A DNA stretch of 64,000 bases from an uncultured Bacteroidota bacterium (GTDB taxonomy: Bacteria; Bacteroidota; Bacteroidia; Flavobacteriales; Flavobacteriaceae). The position numbers and the translations under genes are program-made. The notes under the pieces are model-generated. The model worked only from the letters and a program-made list of their open reading frames with translations, had not been told where the DNA came from and did not search any database. The stretch lies in contig CACCIQ010000004.1 of the NCBI GenBank assembly GCA_902546095.1, positions 4,268-68,267 on the forward strand, given 5' to 3'. Numbering within the stretch: the first letter of the stretch is position 1; the number at the start of each line of letters is the position of its first letter. Shown one piece after another: positions 45,761-55,218 of this stretch.

Positions 45761-47455
45761 TTAAAATCTTTTTTTTTTAAGCTTTATTGTAGTATTTACA
45801 GGAATATCTTTATTGATAGTGACCGGTAGTTTTCCTTTTACATTAATTGCTCCAAAAATTGCTTGGGCTGCCTTTTCTTGAAAAACTGGTGAGTTTTGAT
45901 AAGCAATCAAGATAGATTGAATGTCATCTATATTTAAATCAAAGATTGAATACGGCTTTGAAAAAACAACTAAGGTTAAATCTGTTAGTTTCTTTAGATC
46001 ATTTATAATTGAAATCTCTACGTCTGTAAACTTGTATTCACCAAAAGGTGATTTATCAGACTTATGTAGCCCAACTATTACTTTATCATAATTTTTAGAA
46101 ATTTCAATCAAAGAATCTTTATTGATTTGATTTATATGATCAACCTTTGAGTATTTATTCAGATATTTTAAAAAAGTGTTGTATGAATCATCTCCCATAT
46201 TTACATATCCTATTGATTTTTGATCGGATATTGATAATGGTAAATTTGTGTTTTGATTCTTCACAAGAGTCATTGACTCCTCAGCTAATCTGTCCAAAAG
46301 AGCATAGTCAATATCTTGATTTAAATCTTCAACTATATTCTCAATTTTAATCGGTTTAAAATTATTCAATCCTGATTTATACTTTGCCATTAAATTTTTC
46401 TTAACAGCCTTTTCCAGAGTTTTATTAGAAATCTTATTCTTTTGAATAGCCTTTTTTAATTCCTTGATACTTTTAGCAACATCAGTTGGCATCAATAAAA
46501 GATCATTTCCAGCATTCAAAGCACTGACATCCGGGTAATCTCCTTTGCTAAAATCAACGATAGCTTTCATATCAAGTGCATCAGTAATTACAAGGCCTTT
46601 AAATCCTAAATCATTAATCAATAAGTTATTAATTACTTTTTTTGATAATGTAGAAACTTTATTTTTATCAAGAGACGGAATATTTAAGTGTGCAGTCATG
46701 ATTCCATCCAATCCATTTTCTATTAACTTTTTAAAAGGATATAATTCAACCTGATCAATTCTATCTTTAGAAAAACCAATAGTAGGTAAGGTTAAATGGG
46801 AGTCCGTTTCAGTGTCACCATGTCCTGGGAAATGCTTCGCAGCACCCATTATTCCGTGATGGTGCATACCTTTTAAATAATTTAAAGCTTTATTTGAAAC
46901 ATTATATTTATCCTCTCCAAATGATCTAAACCCTATTATTGGATTGGCTGGATTCGTATTTATATCAACAACTGGTGCAAAATTTATTTGAACACCAAGT
47001 CTTTTTGCATGAAATCCTATTCTTTTACCAACTTGATAGATTAAACTATCATTTTCAATAGCACCAAGAGTCATATTGTATGGGAATGAAAAGCCATCAT
47101 CTAAGCGCATCCCAATACCCCACTCTGCATCCATTGATATTAGTAATGGAACTTTAGATTGTTTTTGGAACTTGTTAATTGCCTTAGCTTGGGATTTTAT
47201 ATCACCAAGTGAAAAAATTAACCCTCCAAGTTTATAATCCTCAATTAATTTTGAAATGTGTTTAATTTCATCATCACCATATTGAGTTGCAACCCATACA
47301 GTAATCAGTTGACCAATTTTTTCTTCTAAATCTAAATTGTTGTAAATACTGTCTACCCACCTATTTTGTTTGGAATAATCTTCAGATAACAAAGGATTTT
47401 GGGTTTGTCCAATAAAAAAAGTAAAAATCAGCGGTAATAAAAAAAGTTTTTTCAT
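45761..47455 (-). CDS. nagZ: glycoside hydrolase family 3 beta-N-acetylglucosaminidase (NagZ-like), exported
   Basis: 564 aa. Signal peptide MKKLFLLPLIFTFFIGQTQ, KHFPGHGDTETDSH motif and the GH3 N-terminal domain pattern. Ends two codons after the A10 run. Confidence 0.8.
   Translation of the reverse strand: MKKLFLLPLIFTFFIGQTQNPLLSEDYSKQNRWVDSIYNNLDLEEKIGQLITVWVATQYGDDEIKHISKLIEDYKLGGLIFSLGDIKSQAKAINKFQKQSKVPLLISMDAEWGIGMRLDDGFSFPYNMTLGAIENDSLIYQVGKRIGFHAKRLGVQINFAPVVDINTNPANPIIGFRSFGEDKYNVSNKALNYLKGMHHHGIMGAAKHFPGHGDTETDSHLTLPTIGFSKDRIDQVELYPFKKLIENGLDGIMTAHLNIPSLDKNKVSTLSKKVINNLLINDLGFKGLVITDALDMKAIVDFSKGDYPDVSALNAGNDLLLMPTDVAKSIKELKKAIQKNKISNKTLEKAVKKNLMAKYKSGLNNFKPIKIENIVEDLNQDIDYALLDRLAEESMTLVKNQNTNLPLSISDQKSIGYVNMGDDSYNTFLKYLNKYSKVDHINQINKDSLIEISKNYDKVIVGLHKSDKSPFGEYKFTDVEISIINDLKKLTDLTLVVFSKPYSIFDLNIDDIQSILIAYQNSPVFQEKAAQAIFGAINVKGKLPVTINKDIPVNTTIKLKKKRF
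45769..45778 (-). other. A10 homopolymer (T10 on the plus strand) at the GH3/beta-lactamase junction; candidate frameshift or slippage site
   Basis: The coding strand reads CTT AAA AAA AAA AGA TTT TAA. A -1 shift, or one extra A, gives ...AAA AAG ATT TTA AGC..., which is the frame of the downstream ORF. Confidence 0.6.
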
Positions 47456-47937
47456 TTTATCAACTGTTTATGCCAACTTTTCGACAATGGGATCTCCCAA
47501 CGATTAGTTAAATCTGACTTCAAGTTAATCAAGTTATTAAAAACGATTGTAGTATTATCAATTTTTTTTTCCAATATTTTATCTTTAAAGTCTTTAAGAT
47601 TTGATATGAAAATTTCATTATTTATTTTATATGAAATGTCAAGACGATCCAACAATCTTACTCCAAACTCATTTTCTAGATTTTTAATAAAATGTACCAT
47701 TTTATCTATGGAGCAACCCGTAGCTAAGGATGTATCTTGATCCAGGGCAATAATGATGAAGTAGGAATATTTAATTTTTGATGCAACTTTTAATTCATTT
47801 CCATGTGATGTCCAAGAATTTAGGAAATCCTGAATTCTATCTTTAATTATTTTAATTTGATCATTGGAAAAGAGTTTATTTGATTGATATATCCAAATTC
47901 TTGCATTATCACTTATTTCATCAAAACTAACAATCAT
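47452..47937 (-). CDS. conserved hypothetical protein
   Basis: 161 aa (ARIWIYQSN...LNSWTSHGNEL...ATGCSIDK). No function recognised. It has 4-nt overlaps with both neighbours. Confidence 0.5.
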   Translation of the reverse strand: MIVSFDEISDNARIWIYQSNKLFSNDQIKIIKDRIQDFLNSWTSHGNELKVASKIKYSYFIIIALDQDTSLATGCSIDKMVHFIKNLENEFGVRLLDRLDISYKINNEIFISNLKDFKDKILEKKIDNTTIVFNNLINLKSDLTNRWEIPLSKSWHKQLIK

Positions 47938-48719
47938 AATTCTTTAGAGACCGAAGCATCTATTATTTCAGCTACATCTAAAACTTTAATATCTGAATTA
48001 TCATGTGTAGCTTTTATTCCATCAGATAACATAGTATTACAAAAAGGACATGCTGCAGCAATAATTTTTGCATTTGTTTTAACAGCTTGTTTCGTTCTTT
48101 TAATATTGATTTCTTGGTTACCCTTTTCAGACTCTTTAAACATTTGAGCTCCTCCTGCCCCACAGCACAATGCTTTATCTTTGCAACTCTTCATTTCCTT
48201 TAAATCTGCCTTGACAGAATCAATCAAGCTTCTTGGTGCTGAATATTCATTATTAGCTCTACCTAAATAGCAAGGGTCATGAAATGTTATTTTTTTACCC
48301 TTGTATAACTTTTCCTCAATCTTTATCTTACCATCTTTAATTAGCTGATCGAGTAATTGCGTATGGTGTAATACTTCATAAGTCCCCCCTAAGCTAGGAT
48401 ATTCATTTTTGATAGTGTTAAAACAATGAGGACATGTTGTAACAATTTTTTTTATATTGTAGGAACTGAGAACTTCAATATTTGATACGGCTTGCATTTG
48501 AAATAAAAATTCATTGCCAGCCCTTTTAGCAGGGTCACCTGTGCAACTTTCTTCAACTCCAAGAACACCATATGAAATATTAGCTTTGTTAAGTAATCTA
48601 ACGAAAGATTTTGTTATTTTCTTGGCTCTATCATCAAAAGAACCAGCACAACCAACCCAAAAAAGAATTTCTGGCTCTAGACCTTTTTCTTTTAATTCTT
48701 TTAAAGTGGGGACATTCAT
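47934..48719 (-). CDS. (Fe-S)-binding protein with two CCG cysteine-rich domains (HdrD/GlpC/LutA-like)
   Basis: CCG-type motifs VGCAGSF...CTGDP and PCYLGR...CCGAGG...ACPFC. ATG at 48719 (MNVPTLKEL...) is preferred to the TTG at 48758. Confidence 0.8.
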   Translation of the reverse strand: MNVPTLKELKEKGLEPEILFWVGCAGSFDDRAKKITKSFVRLLNKANISYGVLGVEESCTGDPAKRAGNEFLFQMQAVSNIEVLSSYNIKKIVTTCPHCFNTIKNEYPSLGGTYEVLHHTQLLDQLIKDGKIKIEEKLYKGKKITFHDPCYLGRANNEYSAPRSLIDSVKADLKEMKSCKDKALCCGAGGAQMFKESEKGNQEINIKRTKQAVKTNAKIIAAACPFCNTMLSDGIKATHDNSDIKVLDVAEIIDASVSKEL

Positions 48720-48720
48720 A

Positions 48721-49155
48721 TTAATCTTTAAAGACTTGAATAGTGACATTTTTGTCAACTAAGTCAGTAAATTTTCCATTATATCTGGTTGCTTTAACTA
48801 AGTGATTATCAATCCAATGATAATTACCTCCTCTTGGTTTACCCATCACTAGACTATGATATTTAAAACCATTTTTATCTAACCATTCCTTAGTAACCTC
48901 ACGATGATCTTCAGTTCTTGATGTAAAAAAACAGATAATATGTCCTTCATCATACCATTTATTTAGAGTTTCTAGAGCATCTGGGTATAGTTTAGCAGTT
49001 GCCATTCTTTCAGGCTCTTCATTAGGAATATCATCACATATTGTTCCATCAATATCAATCAAATAGTTTTTAACATTTTCAGGAAGTATAGGACTCACAG
49101 TTTTTCCATCCTCTACTTTTTTTTCTAAAAAATCATCTATATTTTTTTTTGTCAT
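48721..49155 (-). CDS. HAD-superfamily phosphatase-like protein
   Basis: Motif I DIDGTI, and a later conserved FFTSR/GKP pattern. ATG at 49155 (MTKKNIDDF...) is preferred to the longer track ORF, which overlaps the upstream gene. Confidence 0.6.
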   Translation of the reverse strand: MTKKNIDDFLEKKVEDGKTVSPILPENVKNYLIDIDGTICDDIPNEEPERMATAKLYPDALETLNKWYDEGHIICFFTSRTEDHREVTKEWLDKNGFKYHSLVMGKPRGGNYHWIDNHLVKATRYNGKFTDLVDKNVTIQVFKD

Positions 49156-49159
49156 AATA

Positions 49160-50479
49160 TTAATTTTTCCAATTAAGTCTGTCAAGCTGATTAAACGGCC
49201 AAGGTGCACCATTGTTTTCCAAATTATTCATCATATTATTTAGCTCACTGGGTGCTGCGGATTGCTCCATTACCAAATATCTTCGCATATCTAAAATAAT
49301 TGATAAGGGATCAATTCCAATTGGACATGAATCAACACATGCGTTACATGTTGTGCATGCCCAAAGTTCTTCTTTTGAAATGTAATCATTTAATAAACTT
49401 TTGTTATCATCTATAAATTTACCATTCTTATCTATATTTTTACCAACTTCCTCTAACCTATCTCTAGTTTTCATCATTATTTTTCTGGGAGACAACAACT
49501 TACCAGTCTCATTTGCTGGGCATTCTGATGAACATCTTCCACATTCTGTACATGTGTAGGCATTAAGTAGTTGAAACCAATTTAAATCAAAAACATCAGA
49601 AGCTCCAAATTTTTCTATTTCGGTTTGATTATTGTTTGTTGAAAAAGGGTCATGACTAGGATCCAACATGGCCTTTACCTCATTGAAAACAGAACTAAGA
49701 TTATCAAACTTTCCAATTTTATCAAGGTTTGAAAAGTAAGTATTTGGAAATGCTAACAAAATATGCAGATGTTTTGAATAGTATAAGTAATTAAGAAAAA
49801 ACAATATTCCAATAATATGCAACCACCATGAGGTTCTTTCAACATACATAACTGATATATCAGAAAAATTTGAGTATATAGGGACTAAATATTGACTGAT
49901 AGGAAAATATCCATATGATTTATAATATTCTGAAAATGAGGATGATTGCAAGTAAAAGTCTGTGGCATTCATATTTAGAAACAAAAACATTAATACCAAT
50001 TCTATATATAAAATATAGTTTGCATCAGTTTTTGGCCATCCCTTTAAATCATTGGAAATAAACCTTCTAATATTTAAAATATTTCTTCTTATCCAAAAAA
50101 TTAAAACTGAAATAACGACCAGGAACGCAAGAATTTCAAAAAAACCTATTAGAAAATCATAAAAGCCACCCAAGTATGGCGCTAAAAATCTGTGGGTACC
50201 AAAAAGTCCATCGATAATAATCTCAATTAACTCAACATTAATCAAAATAAATGCTACATAAACAATAAGATGTAATAAACCCACGACTGGTTTATCTAAC
50301 ATTTTAGATTGACCAAAAGCTAGTCTAAACATTTTTAATAATCTTACTTTCTTATTATCACTTCTGTCAATATTTTTACCTAGATTAATATTTCTGTAAA
50401 TTTTTCTACAATTAAAAACAAACAAAGCAATAGCCAAGAAAAGTAAGAAACCAAACAAAATTGAAGGCAAAAATGACAT
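49160..50479 (-). CDS. membrane-bound Fe-S oxidoreductase (multi-TM His-rich N-domain plus 2x[4Fe-4S] ferredoxin domain)
   Basis: About five to six TM helices, then CTECGRCSSECP and CTTCNACVDSCP. ATG at 50479 is preferred to the TTG at 50485. Confidence 0.8.
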   Translation of the reverse strand: MSFLPSILFGFLLFLAIALFVFNCRKIYRNINLGKNIDRSDNKKVRLLKMFRLAFGQSKMLDKPVVGLLHLIVYVAFILINVELIEIIIDGLFGTHRFLAPYLGGFYDFLIGFFEILAFLVVISVLIFWIRRNILNIRRFISNDLKGWPKTDANYILYIELVLMFLFLNMNATDFYLQSSSFSEYYKSYGYFPISQYLVPIYSNFSDISVMYVERTSWWLHIIGILFFLNYLYYSKHLHILLAFPNTYFSNLDKIGKFDNLSSVFNEVKAMLDPSHDPFSTNNNQTEIEKFGASDVFDLNWFQLLNAYTCTECGRCSSECPANETGKLLSPRKIMMKTRDRLEEVGKNIDKNGKFIDDNKSLLNDYISKEELWACTTCNACVDSCPIGIDPLSIILDMRRYLVMEQSAAPSELNNMMNNLENNGAPWPFNQLDRLNWKN

Positions 50480-50493
50480 ATTCAAATATAAAT

Positions 50494-50521
50494 AAAAATA
50501 CTATGCGTGCATAGTATTTTT
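50494..50521 (-). terminator. terminator-like palindrome after the MlaD gene
   Basis: AAAAATACTATGC (50494-50506) pairs with GCATAGTATTTTT (50509-50521). A/T runs on both sides make it bidirectional in form. It lies between the MlaD stop (50526) and the Fe-S gene start. Confidence 0.6.
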
Positions 50522-50525
50522 AACC

Positions 50526-51491
50526 TTATTCTTTTTCATTTGTATATGGTTTATTCTTTTTCCCAAATAATGAAAAATGAACATATCTTTTTGGATTTAG
50601 TCTGAGGTCTTTGATTAAAAGGTTGATATTCTTACTAGCTGCATCTAGCGAATTAATCAAAGCGTCATCAAATACTAACTTGTTTAATGATCCCTCACCA
50701 TCAGATATTTCAGAAATAATCTTATCTATATTTTCAGATGATTCTGATAAATTGCTAATCACTATTGACAAATCAGAGAAGCTTCCTGAAAGCCCAGCTA
50801 ACTCATTGGATGTCTGATTAACATTTGAAATAATATTATTAATTTGATTTTTATTATTATCTAAGATTTCATCTAACGTACCAGCAGAGGTCTTTAAATC
50901 GGCAACAGTAGATGAAAAATTTTCAATTGTTGATTGAATTTCTAATTTGGCTTCAGTATTTAAAACAGCATTTAAACTAATTAATACTGAATCAGCGCTA
51001 ACTACCATTGATTCGATTTTGTCTTGTAAAGGGGATAATCTGTCATTCACTAGCTCTGTCAAACCCGGTGCTACATCAGATTGAAGAGTGTCACCTGATC
51101 TTGCTAATTTATTACCATATTTTGGTATTACAGCAACAGCTTTCCCTCCAATTAATCCTGTTTCATAAATCTGAGCTATACTTTCACTAGAAAAATTAAA
51201 TTCATTTTCAACCCTAAATTTTAGTAAAAGTTTAGATGAATTTTTATAAAACTCTATGTCTTGTACGCTACCAACATTAAATCCGCTAATAGTAACTGGT
51301 GTACCTTTACTCACACCCTCAACATCATCATAAACAGCATAAAAAATCCTATCAGTGATAAATACATCGTTTGATTTTAAATAACTAAATCCTATAATAA
51401 ATAGAATAATCCCTGTTAAAACAAGTATACCAGTCTTTATTTCGTATGATAATTTCACTCTTAGTTTATTCAAATTTATAAATAAGTGCAA
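50526..51491 (-). CDS. mlaD: MlaD/MCE-family protein
   Basis: N-terminal TM helix, an MCE domain (GTPVTISGFNVGSVQDIEF) and a long helical tail. The true start is probably the GTG at 51458 (VKLSYEIKTG...). Confidence 0.75.
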   Translation of the reverse strand: MHLFINLNKLRVKLSYEIKTGILVLTGIILFIIGFSYLKSNDVFITDRIFYAVYDDVEGVSKGTPVTISGFNVGSVQDIEFYKNSSKLLLKFRVENEFNFSSESIAQIYETGLIGGKAVAVIPKYGNKLARSGDTLQSDVAPGLTELVNDRLSPLQDKIESMVVSADSVLISLNAVLNTEAKLEIQSTIENFSSTVADLKTSAGTLDEILDNNKNQINNIISNVNQTSNELAGLSGSFSDLSIVISNLSESSENIDKIISEISDGEGSLNKLVFDDALINSLDAASKNINLLIKDLRLNPKRYVHFSLFGKKNKPYTNEKE

Positions 51492-51494
51492 TCT

Positions 51495-52565
51495 TTATTG
51501 AAATTCATCCAAGTATTTTTTTAAACTATATGGTTGACCTTCCTTAAATACCGCTATAAATGCAGACTTAAAACCTTTATTCTTTGCATTCTTTAATAAT
51601 TTTTTCACTTCATTATAATCTGTTGTACTTCCATGATAATACTTATATAAACCATTACTATTTGATTTAGATAATTTATTTAAACCATTAAAATTGTAAG
51701 ATTTGAGCTCTAATGATTTAGAGCTTGCAGAAATTTGAACTTTAAATAAAAATTCACCTTTATTATTAAATTTAAACGTCTCAGGTAAATTAACAAGATT
51801 GCTATCCAAAGTTGATAAATACTTAAGTATTGCTTTTGAAATTGATGAGGAAATTTCTTTTTGACCTTTACTGGAGTTTAAGTATTGTCCTTCCGTTTTA
51901 TTTGTCAAAAACCCTGCTTCAATCAAAACGCTTGGCATATATGTATTTCTTAAAACTAAAAAGCCTGCTTGTTTTACCTTTCTATCTCTCCTGTTTAAGT
52001 CTTTAACAAAAAACTCTTGTATGTAATTAGCTGCGACTATGCTTTGATCAAGATACTCCTCTTGCATCAAAACTAAACTTATAACAGATTCTGGATTGTT
52101 AGGGTCAAAACCATCATATTTTTGTTCGTAATTTTCCTCTAGGTATATTACAGAATTTTCTTTTTGTGCAATTTTAAAATTTCTTTCATTGGCATGTAAC
52201 CCTAGAACAAAAGTTCCTGCGCCATATGCGTTAGAATTATGGGCATCGCAATGTATTGAAATAAATAAATCAGCATTAGCATTATTTGCAATTTGAGCTC
52301 GCTTGTATAAGTCAACAAAAACATCTTTGGTTCTGGTGTAAACAACTTTAACCTTATTCTGTGTAAGTATTTCACCAACATTAAGAGCTATATTTAAAGC
52401 AATATTCTTCTCAAAATAACCATTTCCCCTATTTCCTGGATCTTTTCCTCCGTGACCTGCATCAACCACAACAACAAACTCGTTTTTTACATTTTGGGTA
52501 AAACTATTAGATGAAAAAAACAGAAATACAAAAACAAATAAATGAATAAATTGCTTAAAAATCAT
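51495..52565 (-). CDS. N-acetylmuramoyl-L-alanine amidase (Amidase_3) with C-terminal SPOR-like domain
   Basis: 356 aa. VVVDAGHGGKDPG motif and ISIHCDA. The C-terminal region FKVQISASS...FKSAFIAVFKEG is SPOR-like. Confidence 0.85.
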   Translation of the reverse strand: MIFKQFIHLFVFVFLFFSSNSFTQNVKNEFVVVVDAGHGGKDPGNRGNGYFEKNIALNIALNVGEILTQNKVKVVYTRTKDVFVDLYKRAQIANNANADLFISIHCDAHNSNAYGAGTFVLGLHANERNFKIAQKENSVIYLEENYEQKYDGFDPNNPESVISLVLMQEEYLDQSIVAANYIQEFFVKDLNRRDRKVKQAGFLVLRNTYMPSVLIEAGFLTNKTEGQYLNSSKGQKEISSSISKAILKYLSTLDSNLVNLPETFKFNNKGEFLFKVQISASSKSLELKSYNFNGLNKLSKSNSNGLYKYYHGSTTDYNEVKKLLKNAKNKGFKSAFIAVFKEGQPYSLKKYLDEFQ

Positions 52566-52608
52566 CTCTTATAAAATTATCACTAATTTTAATAAATCTT
52601 TTATCGCT

Positions 52609-55212
52609 TTGTATATTAATAAAAAACATATAAAAGTAATACCCCTATTGATATGTTTTTTTTACAGTTTTTTCAACAATAGCTATTTGTTTTCACAAAA
52701 TATTGAAAAAGACACTATAAATTCAGATACACTTAAAACTAAACTGATTTTAGATGATGTCAGAAGAAAAGCTAAAGGATATATTAAAATAAATAATAAA
52801 GAAAAAATTATTACCCTCTTTGATAACGCAGAGCTGTACTATATGGATATTGAATTGAAATCTGGTATAATAAAGTTCGATTGGGAAAGTAATGTTGTAT
52901 CTGCCGGAAGAATTAAAGATTCTTTAGGAAATTATATACAATCACCAATTTTTAAACAAGGTGGAGATGAAATTAATCCGGATTCCTTAAGATATAATTT
53001 TGATACTAAAAAAGCTTTAATTTGGAACTCAAGAACAACTCAAAATGAAATGAATGTATTTTCTTCAGCAACAAAAAAAGAAAATGATTCAATATACTTC
53101 ATTAAAGAGGCTAAAGTAACAACTTCAAAAAACCTGGATGATCCTGAATATTATATTAGAGTAAGATCAGGAAAATTCATTCCAAAAAATAAAATTATTG
53201 CTGGTCCAAGTAACTTATATATTTATGACGTGCCAACACCAATTTTTCTACCATTTGCCTATTTTCCACTAACTGAAGACAGAAATTCTGGATTTATTTT
53301 TCCAACTATAGGGCAAAATAATAGAAGGGGTTATTTTTTTCAAAATGGTGGATATTATCTAGCACCTTCGGAATACTTTGACTTAACTCTGCTGGGAGAT
53401 TATTATACTAATGGCAGCTATGGAATGAGAGTGGAATCATCATATAGAAAAAGATATTCATTTAATGGTAGTTTAAGTGTAAGATTTGAGAACCTTATTG
53501 ATGGTGAACGTGGTTTGCCAGGGTATTCAAAATCTAATATTTACAACATACGATGGACACACTCTCAAGATTCTAAAGCCAACCCTTACAACAGATTTTC
53601 AGCATCGGTAAATTTAGGGAGCAGTAATTATTTTAGAGAATCTTTAAATCAAATTAATACTCCTAACTTTTTAAATAACACTTTGAATTCATCAGTATCA
53701 TTTTCCAAGACATTTAGGGGATATCCCTCAGTAAATGTATCACTAACAGCCTCTCACTCACAAAACACAAGGTCAAAAACGGTCAATTTAGTACTTCCAA
53801 CTTTTCAAGGTAATGTTGAGAGAGTTTATCCATTTGTAAAAAGGAATGGTCAAAAAAAAGGAATTATTAAAAATATTAATCTTCAATACTCGTTCAGGGG
53901 TGAAAACAGAATTAATACGACTGATTCCTTATTTTTTAAAAAAGGCATGTTTGATGATGCTAAGTATGGTATGAAACATACAATTCCTTTGAGTACCAAT
54001 TTTAAAGTATTAAAACACTTTAGTGTAAGCATGAATGGAAATTTTGATGAGATTTGGACTGGTAACACAATAATTCGGAATGATTATGATATCAATAATC
54101 AAGTACAAGAAGACAAAATTCAAGTTAGGGGTTTTGACAGGTTTAGTCAATATAATTTTGGTATGAGTTTGGGTACAACCATATATGGGTTATTCAATTT
54201 TAAAGAGGATAAAAAAATACAATCAATTAGACATGTGATTAGACCTTCTGTTACCTACAATATCAGACCAAGTTTTGAAAAATATTATGATACTTACATA
54301 ATAGATGCAGATGGAAATACAGCTGAGTATACAAGGTTTGAAGAAAATTTCTTTGGATTACCATCACGTAGATATTCCAGTGCAATCGGCTTACAAATTA
54401 GCAATAACATTGAAGCTAAAATTAAAGAAAAGGACAGTCTTGCAACCGAACCTAGAAAAGTTACTATCCTAAATAATCTCAACATATCCACAAGTTACAA
54501 TCTAGCGGCTGATTCGTTAAAACTATCACCTGTGAGAATGACAACAGGAACAAACCTCTTTAAAAACAAATTAAATATAAATTTATCTGCAACTTTTGAT
54601 CCTTATTCAATTAACGATAATGGCTTTAGAATTAATAAGTTAAATATTGCAGATGGTGGAGGCTTATTAAGAATGACAAGTGCTAATCTAAACATGAATT
54701 TTTCTCTAGATAGTAAATCTTTTAATTCAAATAATAAAAGTGAAAACAGTGAAAATGTGACTGGTGGAGGCAGGACAGATGATTTATTTGGCTCTAGTCA
54801 GGATCTAACAAAAAGTACGTTTGATGATGATGATGAAAATGATGGGAGGAGAAAAGAAAATTTAACAGAATACATTAATAAAATAGGTTGGGATTTCAGA
54901 TTTGCACACTCACTTACTTATTTAAACAACCGAAAACAAAGAAAGATTGGAAATAATTCTTTGATGTTTTCAGGAAATATTATACTTTCAAAAAAATGGA
55001 AAATTGGCGGTTCCTCTGGATATGACTTTAAAAATAAGGGGTTTACATATACACAGCTTCGTTTTGAAAGAGATTTAGATAGCTGGAAAATGAATTTTAG
55101 TTGGGTTCCATTTAGTATAAGAGAATCATGGTATTTTTTTATCGGAATAAAGTCAGGGTTTTTAAGTGACCTAAAATATGATAAAAGGAAAGAGCCAGAT
55201 AAAAGACTATAA
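52609..55212 (+). CDS. putative LPS-assembly protein LptD-like outer-membrane protein
   Basis: 867 aa with a TTG start and a signal peptide. N-terminal OstA-like region and a long beta-barrel-like body. Divergent from the amidase gene, as I recall for Flavobacteriia. Confidence 0.6.
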   Translation: MYINKKHIKVIPLLICFFYSFFNNSYLFSQNIEKDTINSDTLKTKLILDDVRRKAKGYIKINNKEKIITLFDNAELYYMDIELKSGIIKFDWESNVVSAGRIKDSLGNYIQSPIFKQGGDEINPDSLRYNFDTKKALIWNSRTTQNEMNVFSSATKKENDSIYFIKEAKVTTSKNLDDPEYYIRVRSGKFIPKNKIIAGPSNLYIYDVPTPIFLPFAYFPLTEDRNSGFIFPTIGQNNRRGYFFQNGGYYLAPSEYFDLTLLGDYYTNGSYGMRVESSYRKRYSFNGSLSVRFENLIDGERGLPGYSKSNIYNIRWTHSQDSKANPYNRFSASVNLGSSNYFRESLNQINTPNFLNNTLNSSVSFSKTFRGYPSVNVSLTASHSQNTRSKTVNLVLPTFQGNVERVYPFVKRNGQKKGIIKNINLQYSFRGENRINTTDSLFFKKGMFDDAKYGMKHTIPLSTNFKVLKHFSVSMNGNFDEIWTGNTIIRNDYDINNQVQEDKIQVRGFDRFSQYNFGMSLGTTIYGLFNFKEDKKIQSIRHVIRPSVTYNIRPSFEKYYDTYIIDADGNTAEYTRFEENFFGLPSRRYSSAIGLQISNNIEAKIKEKDSLATEPRKVTILNNLNISTSYNLAADSLKLSPVRMTTGTNLFKNKLNINLSATFDPYSINDNGFRINKLNIADGGGLLRMTSANLNMNFSLDSKSFNSNNKSENSENVTGGGRTDDLFGSSQDLTKSTFDDDDENDGRRKENLTEYINKIGWDFRFAHSLTYLNNRKQRKIGNNSLMFSGNIILSKKWKIGGSSGYDFKNKGFTYTQLRFERDLDSWKMNFSWVPFSIRESWYFFIGIKSGFLSDLKYDKRKEPDKRL

Positions 55213-55218
55213 AAAAGT

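Noticed and set aside
49142-49150. A9 run immediately after the ATG of the HAD gene (ATGACAAAAAAAAAT), and other 8-9 nt homopolymers (23962-23970, 47562-47570, 8393-8401), as phase-variation switches.
   Set aside because: All these ORFs are intact in the current frame, and such runs are expected at this AT content (Lys AAA / Phe TTT codons). Only the A10 at 45769-45778 coincides with a frame break.
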